Positions 1 through 8,438 of a DNA stretch of 57,072 nt are shown piece by piece. The DNA lies in NCBI GenBank assembly GCA_041689285.1, contig JBDNGL010000315.1:1-57072 (forward strand), given 5' to 3'. The translations under genes were made by a program, and so were the position numbers. How positions within the stretch are numbered: position 1 is the first letter of the stretch; each line of letters begins with the position of its first letter. Source of the stretch: Opitutaceae bacterium (GTDB lineage: Bacteria > Verrucomicrobiota > Verrucomicrobiia > Opitutales > Opitutaceae). A model generated the notes under the pieces. It searched no databases. It was not told where the DNA came from and saw nothing but the letters and a program-made list of their open reading frames with translations.

Positions 1-95
1 CCAGCGGGCGTGGGTTGGGCGGTCAGGCCGGGACGAAGCAACAGGCCGGCGGAAACTAGGAGCGAGGAGCGAAGCAGGAAGTTGCGGCGATTCAT
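1..95 (-). CDS. N-terminal fragment of a CDS that continues past the left window edge; twin-arginine-type signal peptide; product unknown
   Basis: The reverse complement from ATG at 95 reads MNRRNFLLRSSLLVSAGLLLRPGLTAQPTPA with no stop before position 1. RRNFL plus a hydrophobic stretch resembles a Tat signal. It is too short to appear in the ORF track. Confidence 0.35.
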   Translation of the reverse strand, partial: MNRRNFLLRSSLLVSAGLLLRPGLTAQPTPA

Positions 96-197
96 GCCGG
101 CAACTATGCACTCGCGGGCTCTTTCGCCAAATTTTTTGTAACCATTCCCCGACCGGCGGGTTTACCCCCACATCAACCCCCATGCCCCAACGTTCCT

Positions 198-842
198 GTG
201 ATCGCCGAACTTCTAGAATTCCGGGTTTCCTCCGGTGCGCCGGCCGCTAGGCTTCGACCCCCAACCGCCGTGGCCACCGCCGTCCCCCAGACCGACCATG
301 ACCTGATGCTCGCCGTTCGCGAAGGCGAACTCGACGCGTTAGGCGAGCTCTTTGAACGCCATCACGGCCGGCTTTACGGCTACCTCACCCGCAGCACCGG
401 CGATCGCCTCGCCTCCGAGGACATCGCCCAGACGGTCTTCCAGCGCATGCTGAAATACCGCCATACCTATCGCACCGACGGCAGCTTCACCGCTTGGATG
501 TATCACCTTGCCCGGCGTTGCGCCGCGGATTACTTCCGCAAAAAACAGGCCGGGCCGGCCAACATGGATCCCGCCGATCTGCAGGACTACGCTGATGACC
601 GTCCTCACGCCGGCGAGCACGCCGCCGCCAGCGACGATCAAGCCCTCCTCCAGCGCGCGCTCAACCAACTCGCGCACGCAGATCGCGAGGTGCTTCTGCT
701 CAGTCGTTTTCAAGAGCTGTCCTTCGCCGAGATCAGCTCGATCCTCGAATGCTCCGTCGGCGCCGCCAAGGTGCGGGCGCACCGCGCGGTGCGCACGCTC
801 CGCGATCTTTATTTTCAATTACAAAAGGAGACCACCGTATGA
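198..842 (+). CDS. ECF-type RNA polymerase sigma-70 family factor
   Basis: Region 2 (DIAQTVFQRMLKYRHTYR..FTAWMYHLARRCAADYFRK) and the region 4 HTH (REVLLLSRFQELSFAEISSILECSVGAAKVRAHRAVRTLR) are typical ECF signatures. The stop overlaps the next ATG (ATGA at 839-842). The start is uncertain: GTG 198, GTG 270 or ATG 306. Confidence 0.9.
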   Translation: MIAELLEFRVSSGAPAARLRPPTAVATAVPQTDHDLMLAVREGELDALGELFERHHGRLYGYLTRSTGDRLASEDIAQTVFQRMLKYRHTYRTDGSFTAWMYHLARRCAADYFRKKQAGPANMDPADLQDYADDRPHAGEHAAASDDQALLQRALNQLAHADREVLLLSRFQELSFAEISSILECSVGAAKVRAHRAVRTLRDLYFQLQKETTV

Positions 843-1657
843 AATGCACCGCAGCCCAGCACCGTTTTTCCGAACTACTCGACTCACGGCACGAATCGCC
901 GGCCAGTGGTGACGTGCGCGCCCACCTCGCCGCCTGCCCGGATTGTCAGAAGGAATTCGCCGCCCTGAAACACACCCTTACTGCCCTCGACGCCCTGCCC
1001 GCGCCCACGCCCGGCCCGCGGCTGCGCGCCAACTTCTACGCCCTGCTGGCGGCGGAGAAAAACTCCGCCGCCAAGGTGCCCCGCGGTGAGCATCGCCGGC
1101 AGCGTCTGACCACATGGCGCTGGATCCTCGCACCCCTCGCCGCCTGCGGTCTGCTGGTCCTTGGCTTTCTCGCCGGCCAGCGCCAGGCCTCACTCCCACC
1201 CCAAACGGCGCGCCCGGCCGCTGAGGCGACCCGGCAGGAACTCGCGGAATTGCGGCAAAAGGTAGACCGCATGGGCCAGCTCGTGGGGTATTCCCTGCAA
1301 CCGCAGCATTCGGCCGGCCAACGCCTGCAGAGCATCTTCGCCACCCACACACTCCAGGCACCCGACCCGCGGGTCATTGCCCAGTTGATCAATGCGCTCG
1401 CGCTTGATCCCAGCGTCAACGTCCGCCTCGCCGCCCTCGAGACGCTCTATGTCTACGCGGATCAGGATACGGTGCGCGCTGGCGTGCTGGCCGCCCTAGT
1501 CCGTGAACCCAACCCACTGGTCCAAGTCTCGATGATCGACTTCCTCGCCGCCGCTCGCGACCCCGAGGCCGCGCAAGCCTTCGCTACGATTTCTCGCGAC
1601 GAACAGCTCGACCGGGCGGTGCGCGACGCCGCCCGCCGCGCCCTCGTGCAGCTCTGA
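839..1657 (+). CDS. Membrane-spanning zinc-binding anti-sigma factor (zf-HC2/ZAS) with C-terminal HEAT-like repeats
   Basis: The internal ATG at 839 of ORF 749..1657 overlaps the sigma stop. The H-x3-C-x2-C motif is present (HLAACPDC). There is one TM helix (WRWILAPLAACGLLVLGFLAG). The C-terminus has HEAT-like repeats (VNVRLAALETL, NPLVQVSMIDFLAAARD, RAVRDAARRAL). Confidence 0.8.
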   Translation: MKCTAAQHRFSELLDSRHESPASGDVRAHLAACPDCQKEFAALKHTLTALDALPAPTPGPRLRANFYALLAAEKNSAAKVPRGEHRRQRLTTWRWILAPLAACGLLVLGFLAGQRQASLPPQTARPAAEATRQELAELRQKVDRMGQLVGYSLQPQHSAGQRLQSIFATHTLQAPDPRVIAQLINALALDPSVNVRLAALETLYVYADQDTVRAGVLAALVREPNPLVQVSMIDFLAAARDPEAAQAFATISRDEQLDRAVRDAARRALVQL

Positions 1658-1704
1658 GTTACTTTACACCCAACTGGCCTCCTTAACCCATACCCTTCGC
1701 CGCC

Positions 1705-2718
1705 ATGAATCCATTCCTCCACCTCTCGTCCCGCGCCGTGGTCACGGCCGCGCTGCTCTGCGGCGGCCCCACGCTGTTCGCTCAAAACAGCGAGGCGCAG
1801 TCCGCCACCTATCAGTTCTCCGATCCCACCAAGCCCGGCACCGTGCGCATCGCCATCGGCGTGCGCGACCTCATCGTCACCGGCGCAGACATCGACACCG
1901 TCAGTGTGACCACGGCTTTGGGCGCCACTACCTCCAAGCCCCGGCCCGACGGCCTGCGAGTCCTCTCCGAGGCCGGTTCGCTTACCGTAAACGAAAAGGA
2001 AAATATTCTGGTAATTGACGCTGGTTTTGAGTCCGGCCCGGGCGGCGCCGTGACCCTCGCCGTGCCGCGCGCGACCTCCCTCATTGTCACCAACTCCCTG
2101 AGCGGTTCCGTGCAGGTTTCCGGCGTGGCCGGCGACCTTGATATCAAATGTCTCAATGGTAAAGTCACCTTGCGCGACGTGAGCGGCAGCGCCTCGGTCG
2201 AGACGATGAACGGGGTCATCGACGCCAAGATCGTTCAACTCCAGGAAGGGAAACCCCTTTCCTTCTCTTCCATGAACGGCGCCATCTCGCTTACCGTGCC
2301 CGCCAACGCCAAGGCCAACCTCCGCCTGCGCACCCAGCACGGCGCGATCATGACGGATTTTGACGAAACGGCCTTGGTCACCCGCACCGAAACCGTGCGC
2401 GGCTATCGCTACGGTATCACCACCGGTGATGCCGACGAGATCAAGGAGGTCGTCCGGGATGCCGTCCGTCTGGGGATAGAGGCGGCCCGCGAGGCGGCCG
2501 CCGCCATGCGTGAAGCCGCCCAGGCCGCCCGCACCCGCGCGTCGGAGGCCCGCACAACGGATTCGACGCCGGTGCCGCGCGCCCCGTCGCCCCCTCTACC
2601 CCCGCTGCCTCCCATGACCGGCGGCAAGCTTGTCTCCGGCACGCTGAACGGCGGGGGCGGCACTGAGATCGCCGCCACCGCGATGAACGGTGATATCAAA
2701 CTCCGCCGCCTCGACTGA
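1705..2718 (+). CDS. Secreted DUF4097-like (putative adhesin / beta-helix) protein, third member of the ECF module
   Basis: Signal peptide MNPFLHLSSRAVVTAALLCGGPTLFAQ. Repetitive 'G-x-V/I-x-V/L-x-x-x-x-G' strands (SGSVQVSGVAGDLDIKCLNGKVTLRDVSGSASVETMNGVIDAKI, MNGAISLTVP, MNGDIKLRRL) are typical of DUF4097 proteins that follow sigma/anti-sigma pairs. The family call is from memory of the motif. Confidence 0.6.
   Translation: MNPFLHLSSRAVVTAALLCGGPTLFAQNSEAQSATYQFSDPTKPGTVRIAIGVRDLIVTGADIDTVSVTTALGATTSKPRPDGLRVLSEAGSLTVNEKENILVIDAGFESGPGGAVTLAVPRATSLIVTNSLSGSVQVSGVAGDLDIKCLNGKVTLRDVSGSASVETMNGVIDAKIVQLQEGKPLSFSSMNGAISLTVPANAKANLRLRTQHGAIMTDFDETALVTRTETVRGYRYGITTGDADEIKEVVRDAVRLGIEAAREAAAAMREAAQAARTRASEARTTDSTPVPRAPSPPLPPLPPMTGGKLVSGTLNGGGGTEIAATAMNGDIKLRRLD
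1857..1885. repeat. Copy A of a 29-nt perfect inverted repeat (partner at 6068..6096)
   Basis: cggcgtgcgcgacctcatcgtcaccggcg inside the DUF4097 CDS (encodes GVRDLIVTG). Its exact reverse complement occurs at 6068..6096. Confidence 0.9.
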
Positions 2719-2801
2719 GGCGGTCCCATTCGCCTTCGCGCCGCGTGAATTAAATTCGCGCGGCGCTTTCATTGCCGGCGTTTGTTGCTACGCTCGGCGC
2801 G

Positions 2802-3908
2802 ATGCCTCTCGACCCCGAACGGCGCAGCCGGCTTGGCGCCTGGCTCCAAACCGCGCAGCTCGACGCCTTGCTGCTCACCTCGCCCTTCTCGGTGGACTGG
2901 GCGTCCGGGCACGAGGTGTCCATCGAAACCGGGCCCAATCCCTTTGCCGGCGGGCCCGCGCTCCTGCTGGTCGAGACCGGTCGGGTCACGCTGCTCCATC
3001 CCGATTGCGAGACACCAGACCTCGCCGCGCTCGGTCTCGCAGGGTTAGCCTATCCGAGCTATGTCCCGGCCGGCAGGCTGGAACCGCACCGCCATTGGTT
3101 GGAAAAGGCGCGCGAACTACTCGCCGACGTCGCTCCCTCAAAACTCGGCGTCGAATTTGCCGGTCTCCCCGCCGCCCTCGCTCCGTTGGTGGCGGGCGCG
3201 CAACCGGTGGATGCAGCTCTCGCCAACTTGCGCGCCGTCAAGACACCGCCGGAGATCGCGGCGCTTCGCGCTTCCCTGCAACTTTGCGATTATGCCCAAG
3301 CCCTGCTGCCCACGCTCGTGCGGCCCGGCCGCACGGAACTGGCCATCTGGGGCGACCTACGCGCCGCCCTTGAATCCCGCGCGGGGCGTCGCCTGCCGCT
3401 GCTAGCCGACTTTGCCGCCGGACCGCGCACGGGCGACATCGGCGGCGCACCGTCCCACCGCGTGATCGCCGCCGGCGAGTGGCTGCTCGCCGACATCGTG
3501 CCGCGGCTCGGCAACTACTGGGGCGACATCGGCGGCGTCATCCCGGCCGGCGCACCCGCTGGGCGTTTCCACGAATTGAAAAAAATCGCCGGCGACGCGC
3601 TCGACTTCGCCCTTGCCCTCATCAAGCCCGGCGCGATCGCCGGGGATATCGATCAGGCGGTGCGCGCCTTTGTCCGCGCGCGCGGTTTCGCGCCTTACCC
3701 GCACCACACCGGCCACGGCATCGGCGTCTGTTACCACGAAGCGCCGCGCATCGTGGCGGACGACCGCGCCGCGCTCGTCCCGGGCATGGTCATCGCCCTC
3801 GAGCCCGGCGTCTATCTGCCGGGCGAGGGTGGGGTCCGCCTTGAGGATGTGGCGCTCGTCACCGCCGCCGGTTGCGAAGTTCTGACCCAGCATCGGCACC
3901 CAACCTGA
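2802..3908 (+). CDS. M24 family metallopeptidase (Xaa-Pro aminopeptidase/creatinase-like)
   Basis: Pita-bread metal-ligand motifs: LLADIVPRLGNYWGDIG, HHTGHGIGVCYHEAP, GMVIALEPGVYLPGEGGVRLEDV. ATG 2802 is preferred over TTG 2772 of the track ORF. Confidence 0.8.
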   Translation: MPLDPERRSRLGAWLQTAQLDALLLTSPFSVDWASGHEVSIETGPNPFAGGPALLLVETGRVTLLHPDCETPDLAALGLAGLAYPSYVPAGRLEPHRHWLEKARELLADVAPSKLGVEFAGLPAALAPLVAGAQPVDAALANLRAVKTPPEIAALRASLQLCDYAQALLPTLVRPGRTELAIWGDLRAALESRAGRRLPLLADFAAGPRTGDIGGAPSHRVIAAGEWLLADIVPRLGNYWGDIGGVIPAGAPAGRFHELKKIAGDALDFALALIKPGAIAGDIDQAVRAFVRARGFAPYPHHTGHGIGVCYHEAPRIVADDRAALVPGMVIALEPGVYLPGEGGVRLEDVALVTAAGCEVLTQHRHPT

Positions 3909-3917
3909 ATTTCCAGC

Positions 3918-5066
3918 ATGAAAATAACCAAGATCGAATCCTTCCACCTGCGGCACGAAGACCCCGGCAGCTCGCTGTTCGACGGCTCCTACGATGACTG
4001 CGTGCTCCGGATCACCACCGACAACGGCTTGGTGGGTATTGGCGAAGTGGAGTCATTTGCCCCTGCTATCCAAGCCCTCCTCCACGGACCGGATGCCCAC
4101 AACCATGCTCGCGGGCTGGCCGGGGTTTTGCTCGGGCGCGACCCCCGCGACCTCACACTCTGGGACGAACTCTACCGCGCCTGTAACTATGTCGGACGGC
4201 GCGGATTGACCATGCACGCACTGGGCGGACTCGATCTCGCGCTGTGGGATCTGCGCGGGCAAGCCGCCGGCGCGCCGATCCACGAACTGCTAGGCGGGGC
4301 CAAGCGCGACCGCCTACGCGCCTACGGCACCATTTACCCGATGGGTCGCACGGAGGCTGAGGTCACCCGCCAGGTCACAGACCGGCTCGAGCGCCTGCAC
4401 CTCAGCGCGATCAAGTTCGCCGCCGATCCGTGGTGGCTGGACGATGTCGCGCACACGACCCGGCTGCTCAAGGCCGCGCGGGCGGTCCTCGGTCCGGACC
4501 GCGGCTTGATCGTGGACGGCGCGCTCTCCTACCAAACCAAGGAGGAAGGCCTGCTGCTTTATCCCGCGTATCGCGAGGTCGGCCTGCTGTTCCTGGAGGC
4601 GCCACTGCCGCTCGACGATATCGAGGGCCACGCGGCGATGTCCCAATTTGGCATCCCGCTCGGGGTCGGCGATCTTGGCCTCACCCACGTGCTGGAATTC
4701 ATCGACGCCATGGACCGAGGCCGCGCCGCCATCTGCCAGCCCGACATCACCATGGTCGGCGGCTTCACTGGCATCCAAAAAATCGCCGCCGCCGCCCGGG
4801 CCCGCGGCAAACGGGTCATCACCCACGGCTACAAGACCAATCTCACCGTGGCCGCCAACCTCCACGTCCTCGCCGCACATCACGACGAGGAAATGCTGGA
4901 GTTCTCCACCAGCGCCTCCCCTCTGCGCTGGGAGCTGACCAACGAGCTGTTGCCCGTCGCTGCCGACGGCTTCGTCACCGTCCCCACGCGGCCCGGCCTC
5001 GGTGCCACGCTGAGCGAGGCGGCGTTGAAAAAATTCACCCACTCCGCGCAAGTTTCCCCCCGCTGA
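3918..5066 (+). CDS. Enolase-superfamily enzyme, mandelate racemase/muconate lactonizing family (probable acid-sugar dehydratase or epimerase)
   Basis: N-terminal capping domain (MKITKIESFHL..ITTDNGLVGIGE). Barrel metal ligands lie in IVDGA, LFLEAP and GVGDLG, and a QPD..H dyad in CQPDITMVGG / ITHGYK. It starts 9 nt after the M24 gene stop. Confidence 0.75.
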   Translation: MKITKIESFHLRHEDPGSSLFDGSYDDCVLRITTDNGLVGIGEVESFAPAIQALLHGPDAHNHARGLAGVLLGRDPRDLTLWDELYRACNYVGRRGLTMHALGGLDLALWDLRGQAAGAPIHELLGGAKRDRLRAYGTIYPMGRTEAEVTRQVTDRLERLHLSAIKFAADPWWLDDVAHTTRLLKAARAVLGPDRGLIVDGALSYQTKEEGLLLYPAYREVGLLFLEAPLPLDDIEGHAAMSQFGIPLGVGDLGLTHVLEFIDAMDRGRAAICQPDITMVGGFTGIQKIAAAARARGKRVITHGYKTNLTVAANLHVLAAHHDEEMLEFSTSASPLRWELTNELLPVAADGFVTVPTRPGLGATLSEAALKKFTHSAQVSPR

Positions 5067-5071
5067 TCGCC

Positions 5072-5872
5072 ATGCAACTCCTCGACCGCGTCGCCCTCAT
5101 CACCGGTGCCGCCTCCGGCATCGGCCGGGCCGCCGCCCGCAGCTTCGCCCGCGCAGGCGCCCGCGTGGTGCTGGCGGATCTCGACGATAAAAACGGCGTC
5201 GCCGCTGCCGCCGAGATCAACGCCGCGGGCGGCCAGGCCCGTTTCATAAACACGGACGTCTCCAAATTCACCGCCGCCCAACGAGCCGTCGCCGTCGCGA
5301 CCGACACGTGGGGCCGCCTCGATATCCTCTACAACAACGCCGCCCCCACGCGCCTCTGCAACGAGCAGGACCGCGCGGTGCACGAGCTCGACGAAGCCGT
5401 GTGGGACGTGATGATCAACGTCGCGCTGAAAGGCGTCTTCCTCATGAGCAAGGCCGCCCTGCCGGTGATGATGGCGCAAAAACGCGGCGTCATCCTGAAC
5501 ACCGCCACCATCGATGCGCTCATCGCCGAGCCCGGCGTGGACAGCTACACCGCCGCCAAGGGCGGCGTGGTGGCGCTCACGCGCAGCATGGCGCTCAACT
5601 ATGCGCCGCATGGCATCCGGGTGAATTGCCTCAGCCCGGGCTACGTGATCACTGAGTGCCAGCAGGACTGGTATCAAAACCCCAAGGCCCGCGCCGCCGC
5701 CGAGGCCACCCACCTCACCCGGCTGGGCCAGCCCGAGGACATCGCCGAACTCGCCCTCTTTCTCGCCAGCGACAAGGCCGAGTTCATGACCGGCAGCAAC
5801 GTCGTGATCGACGGCGGCTTCACCGCCTTCAAAGCCCGGCTCCAGCCCGGCGAACTCTTTCGCCCGGAATAA
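5072..5872 (+). CDS. Short-chain dehydrogenase/reductase (SDR)
   Basis: Internal ATG of ORF 4430..5872, 5 nt after the upstream stop. TGAASGIG Rossmann motif, NNAA, and catalytic YTAAK. Confidence 0.9.
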   Translation: MQLLDRVALITGAASGIGRAAARSFARAGARVVLADLDDKNGVAAAAEINAAGGQARFINTDVSKFTAAQRAVAVATDTWGRLDILYNNAAPTRLCNEQDRAVHELDEAVWDVMINVALKGVFLMSKAALPVMMAQKRGVILNTATIDALIAEPGVDSYTAAKGGVVALTRSMALNYAPHGIRVNCLSPGYVITECQQDWYQNPKARAAAEATHLTRLGQPEDIAELALFLASDKAEFMTGSNVVIDGGFTAFKARLQPGELFRPE

Positions 5873-5879
5873 TCCGGCC

Positions 5880-5910
5880 AAAAAAAAGACGCCGACGTGA
5901 GCCGGCGTCT
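5880..5910 (-). terminator. Rho-independent terminator for the minus-strand transcript coming from 6564
   Basis: Perfect 8-bp GC-rich stem agacgccg/cggcgtct (5887-5894 / 5903-5910) with an 8-nt loop. On the minus strand it is followed by T8 (A8 at 5880-5887 on plus). There is no T-run on the plus side, so it is mainly unidirectional. Confidence 0.7.
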
Positions 5911-6041
5911 GCACAAAGCAATTGGAGCCAGACTCAGCTGGCGCTCACTGTCGCGGCGGGCGTTGGCGTGGGTGCCGGCGTTGGCGTGGGCGTGGGTGCC
6001 GGCGGCGCCGGCGTGGGCGTGGCCTGGGCTGCAGGATCGAA

Positions 6042-6096
<55 letters not shown>

Positions 6097-6117
6097 CCGC
6101 CGCCGCCGGTGACGAGG

Positions 6118-6564
6118 CTATCGGAGGATAGGGGTCGTGATACCTTTGACGCTAGTAACTAAATCTGCCACCGTCTGGGGTTGCCCAGGCGGAAAAGCGA
6201 TAAGTGTCTGCGCACCCGTTGCGATGCTGGCTGCGGCAGCCGGGTTGGTTGATTTCAAGCTTTCGGCCACCCGGCTCACCCCTAATGCGATTTGGGCGGC
6301 GAAGGTGGGATTGGTTGTGACCAACGGCAGGGCCTCAGTAATAGCTCGCTCCGCGATTGCAGCGGCCAAGATCGGGTAGGCAGTGGCTAGCGCCACAATA
6401 GCGTCGCCATCGCCAGCGGCAACGGCCGTGGCAATGGCTGCGTTCAACTCAGGGCTCAGCGTCGATTGGGCCTGCGCGTGAAGCGTGAGGCTGGAGAAGC
6501 TGAGGGCAAAAACGGCAAAAGCCGCGACTAGGAAACGACGGATCGGATTGGCTTGGTTCATCAT
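6118..6564 (-). CDS. Small Ala-rich secreted protein, unknown function
   Basis: The internal ATG (codon 22 of ORF 6118..6627) gives MMNQANPIRRFLVAAFAVFALSFSSLTLHAQAQ, a clear Sec signal. There are no recognisable family motifs. The gene is visibly more A/T-rich than its neighbours. Confidence 0.55.
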   Translation of the reverse strand: MMNQANPIRRFLVAAFAVFALSFSSLTLHAQAQSTLSPELNAAIATAVAAGDGDAIVALATAYPILAAAIAERAITEALPLVTTNPTFAAQIALGVSRVAESLKSTNPAAAASIATGAQTLIAFPPGQPQTVADLVTSVKGITTPILR

Positions 6565-7027
6565 GATGGCGGTAGGTTGTAAAATATTGGGGAGTTTTAG
6601 GCTCCTGATGCCTGCGAGTAAAAGCAAAGTTTCGGCGTTTGCACGAGTTTTTTCTTAGGAATATTATACCCAACGCCGTTCAGCCGGCACCTTGCCGGGA
6701 AATCAAGCGGAATTGTCCCCAGGGGACAGGGAGGACCCATGGGCTGAATCAGCCGCCTTTGGTTGAAACTTTTCGCGGCGCGCCGAGTATTGGATTAGGG
6801 TTGGAACCTGAACAAAATTCTGCGTTTCAGACCGGTCCGACACCACCACCAAGCATGTTAATCGCCGTCATCATCCTCGTCCTGTTGAGTGCCCTCGTGG
6901 CCACCGACCCCGATACCCCGGGAGGAGGTCAGTGACAACTTGAGGCCATTTTGCGCCAAGATGACCCTCATCTCTTACCAACAGGCAAAGCACCTTGGGC
7001 TCACGTGAGCGGCCGCTTGCGCCTATA

Positions 7028-8332
7028 TCATTTCGCCAGCCGACTGCCCGGCTTCAGGCTCAAACTCAGCACGATCAGCAGGCCGGCGAGGAAAAATCCC
7101 GCATTCACTAGGATCGCCGTCCGGAATCCCGCCGACGCCGCCACCCAACCAAAGACCGGTTGCCCGATCACGGCGGCCAGTTTGCCGAAAAATCCCCAGT
7201 AGCCGAAAAACTCCCCGCCTCGCCCGGCGGGGGTCAGCGCTGCCACCACCGCCCGGCCGGAAGACTGCAGCGAGCCCATCGCCGCCCCGGCGAGGACGCC
7301 GATGAAATAAAACTCCGTCTTCGTGGTGCACACCGCCGCCCAACCGCACACTATGATCCAGAGGAGCAGTGAAATGATCAGCGCGGGTTTCGCGCCGATC
7401 CGGTCCTGCAGCACGCCGAAACCATAGGCCCCGGCCACGCCGGCGAGCTGCAGCACCACGAAGAGCCCGATGATCTCGCCCTGCGTCATACCCAGCACCG
7501 CCGTGGCATACACTGCGGCAAACGCCACGACCGCCGTCAGCCCGGCGAGGAAGAGGGTCATCGCGCCGAAAAAAATCAGCAGCGTGCGGTGCTTGGGCAG
7601 CTCGCGCCGCATCTGCGCCAGTTGGCCCCAGCCCAGCGCGATCCAGCTCACCCCGGCGGGTTTCGGCCGGGGCCGCGCCCGCTCCCGCAGCAGCAGCCAG
7701 GTCGGCAGGCTGGCGAGGAGGAAAAATACTCCCGTCATCACAAAGGTCCAAGGCACCCGGCCGTCGCCGCTACGGATGATGACGAGCGCCAGCACCAAGC
7801 TCAGCAAGCCGCCGAGATAGCCGAAACTCCAGCCGTAGCTGGAAATGCGCCCCGCATTTCCCGGAGTGCTGATTTCCGGCAGAAACGCCGCACACAGGTT
7901 CTCGCCCAGTGAAAAAGCGACGTTCGCCACCAGCACAAGACCCAATGCCAGCCACAGGTCGCCGGCCCCGGCAAAATACAGCCCGATTGTGGCCAGCGCG
8001 CAGCTCACCGCCGTGGCCATGAGGAAGGCCTTCTTGCGCGCCGTCACATCCGCCAGCGCCCCGAGCAATGGCGCCACGGCCAGCACAATGAGCTGCGAGA
8101 CCGCCAGCACGGTCCCCCACCAGCCGGCCGCCTTCGCGTCGCCCCCCGCGACAACCTCGGTGAAATACACCGCATACACCACCGTGATGATAATCGTCGT
8201 AAACGCCGAGTTCGCGAAATCGAAGCAGCTCCACCCAAAAATCTCGCGCCGCCGCACGGGGGGCGCCTCAAAGGGTGATACGGTATGGTCGCTCACGCCG
8301 CGCAGCCAAGCCAACCCGCCAAGCCATGGCAA
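7028..8332 (-). CDS. MFS transporter, UMF1/Atg22-like family
   Basis: 434 aa with about 12 predicted TM helices. The N-terminal motif EIFGWSCFDFANSAFTTIIITVVY is typical of the Atg22-like MFS family. The track start is TTG, so the exact start is uncertain. Confidence 0.75.
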   Translation of the reverse strand: MPWLGGLAWLRGVSDHTVSPFEAPPVRRREIFGWSCFDFANSAFTTIIITVVYAVYFTEVVAGGDAKAAGWWGTVLAVSQLIVLAVAPLLGALADVTARKKAFLMATAVSCALATIGLYFAGAGDLWLALGLVLVANVAFSLGENLCAAFLPEISTPGNAGRISSYGWSFGYLGGLLSLVLALVIIRSGDGRVPWTFVMTGVFFLLASLPTWLLLRERARPRPKPAGVSWIALGWGQLAQMRRELPKHRTLLIFFGAMTLFLAGLTAVVAFAAVYATAVLGMTQGEIIGLFVVLQLAGVAGAYGFGVLQDRIGAKPALIISLLLWIIVCGWAAVCTTKTEFYFIGVLAGAAMGSLQSSGRAVVAALTPAGRGGEFFGYWGFFGKLAAVIGQPVFGWVAASAGFRTAILVNAGFFLAGLLIVLSLSLKPGSRLAK

Positions 8333-8438
8333 GCATCAGGGCATACCCCAGGCTGATGCCCAAACACGCCATAATACGCAAACGCCGCTTGCGCATTCTG
8401 TCTGGAGACGGTTCGCTGTCGCCGAATATTTGTCCCGC

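Noticed and set aside
131-197. An ECF-type autoregulatory promoter upstream of the sigma gene (GTAACC at 138..143, AACGTT at 189..194).
   Set aside because: The spacing between the candidate -35 and any CGT-type -10 does not fit the usual 16-17 nt. This cannot be supported without TSS data.
4430-5071. N-terminal extensions of track ORFs (4430..5872, 749..1657, 7845..9260, 11733..13148, 13947..14864, 31345..33456, 33935..34915, 34925..36034, 40082..41776, 44548..46527).
   Set aside because: The extensions overlap the preceding recognised gene and are Arg/Pro-rich. Internal ATG/GTG codons that abut or overlap the upstream stop coincide with where family homology or a signal peptide begins.
6855-6935. 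A 26-codon plus-strand ORF encoding a hydrophobic peptide (MLIAVIILVLLSALVATDPDTPGGGQ).
   Set aside because: There is no recognisable ribosome-binding site, promoter or homologue. Such short ORFs arise by chance, so it is kept only as a note pending Ribo-seq or conservation data.
6999-7017. The overlapping palindromes gctcacgtgagc / agcggccgct just downstream of the MFS gene stop, considered as a terminator.
   Set aside because: The palindromes have essentially no loop and are not followed by a T-tract on the minus strand, so they are unlikely to form a canonical intrinsic terminator.
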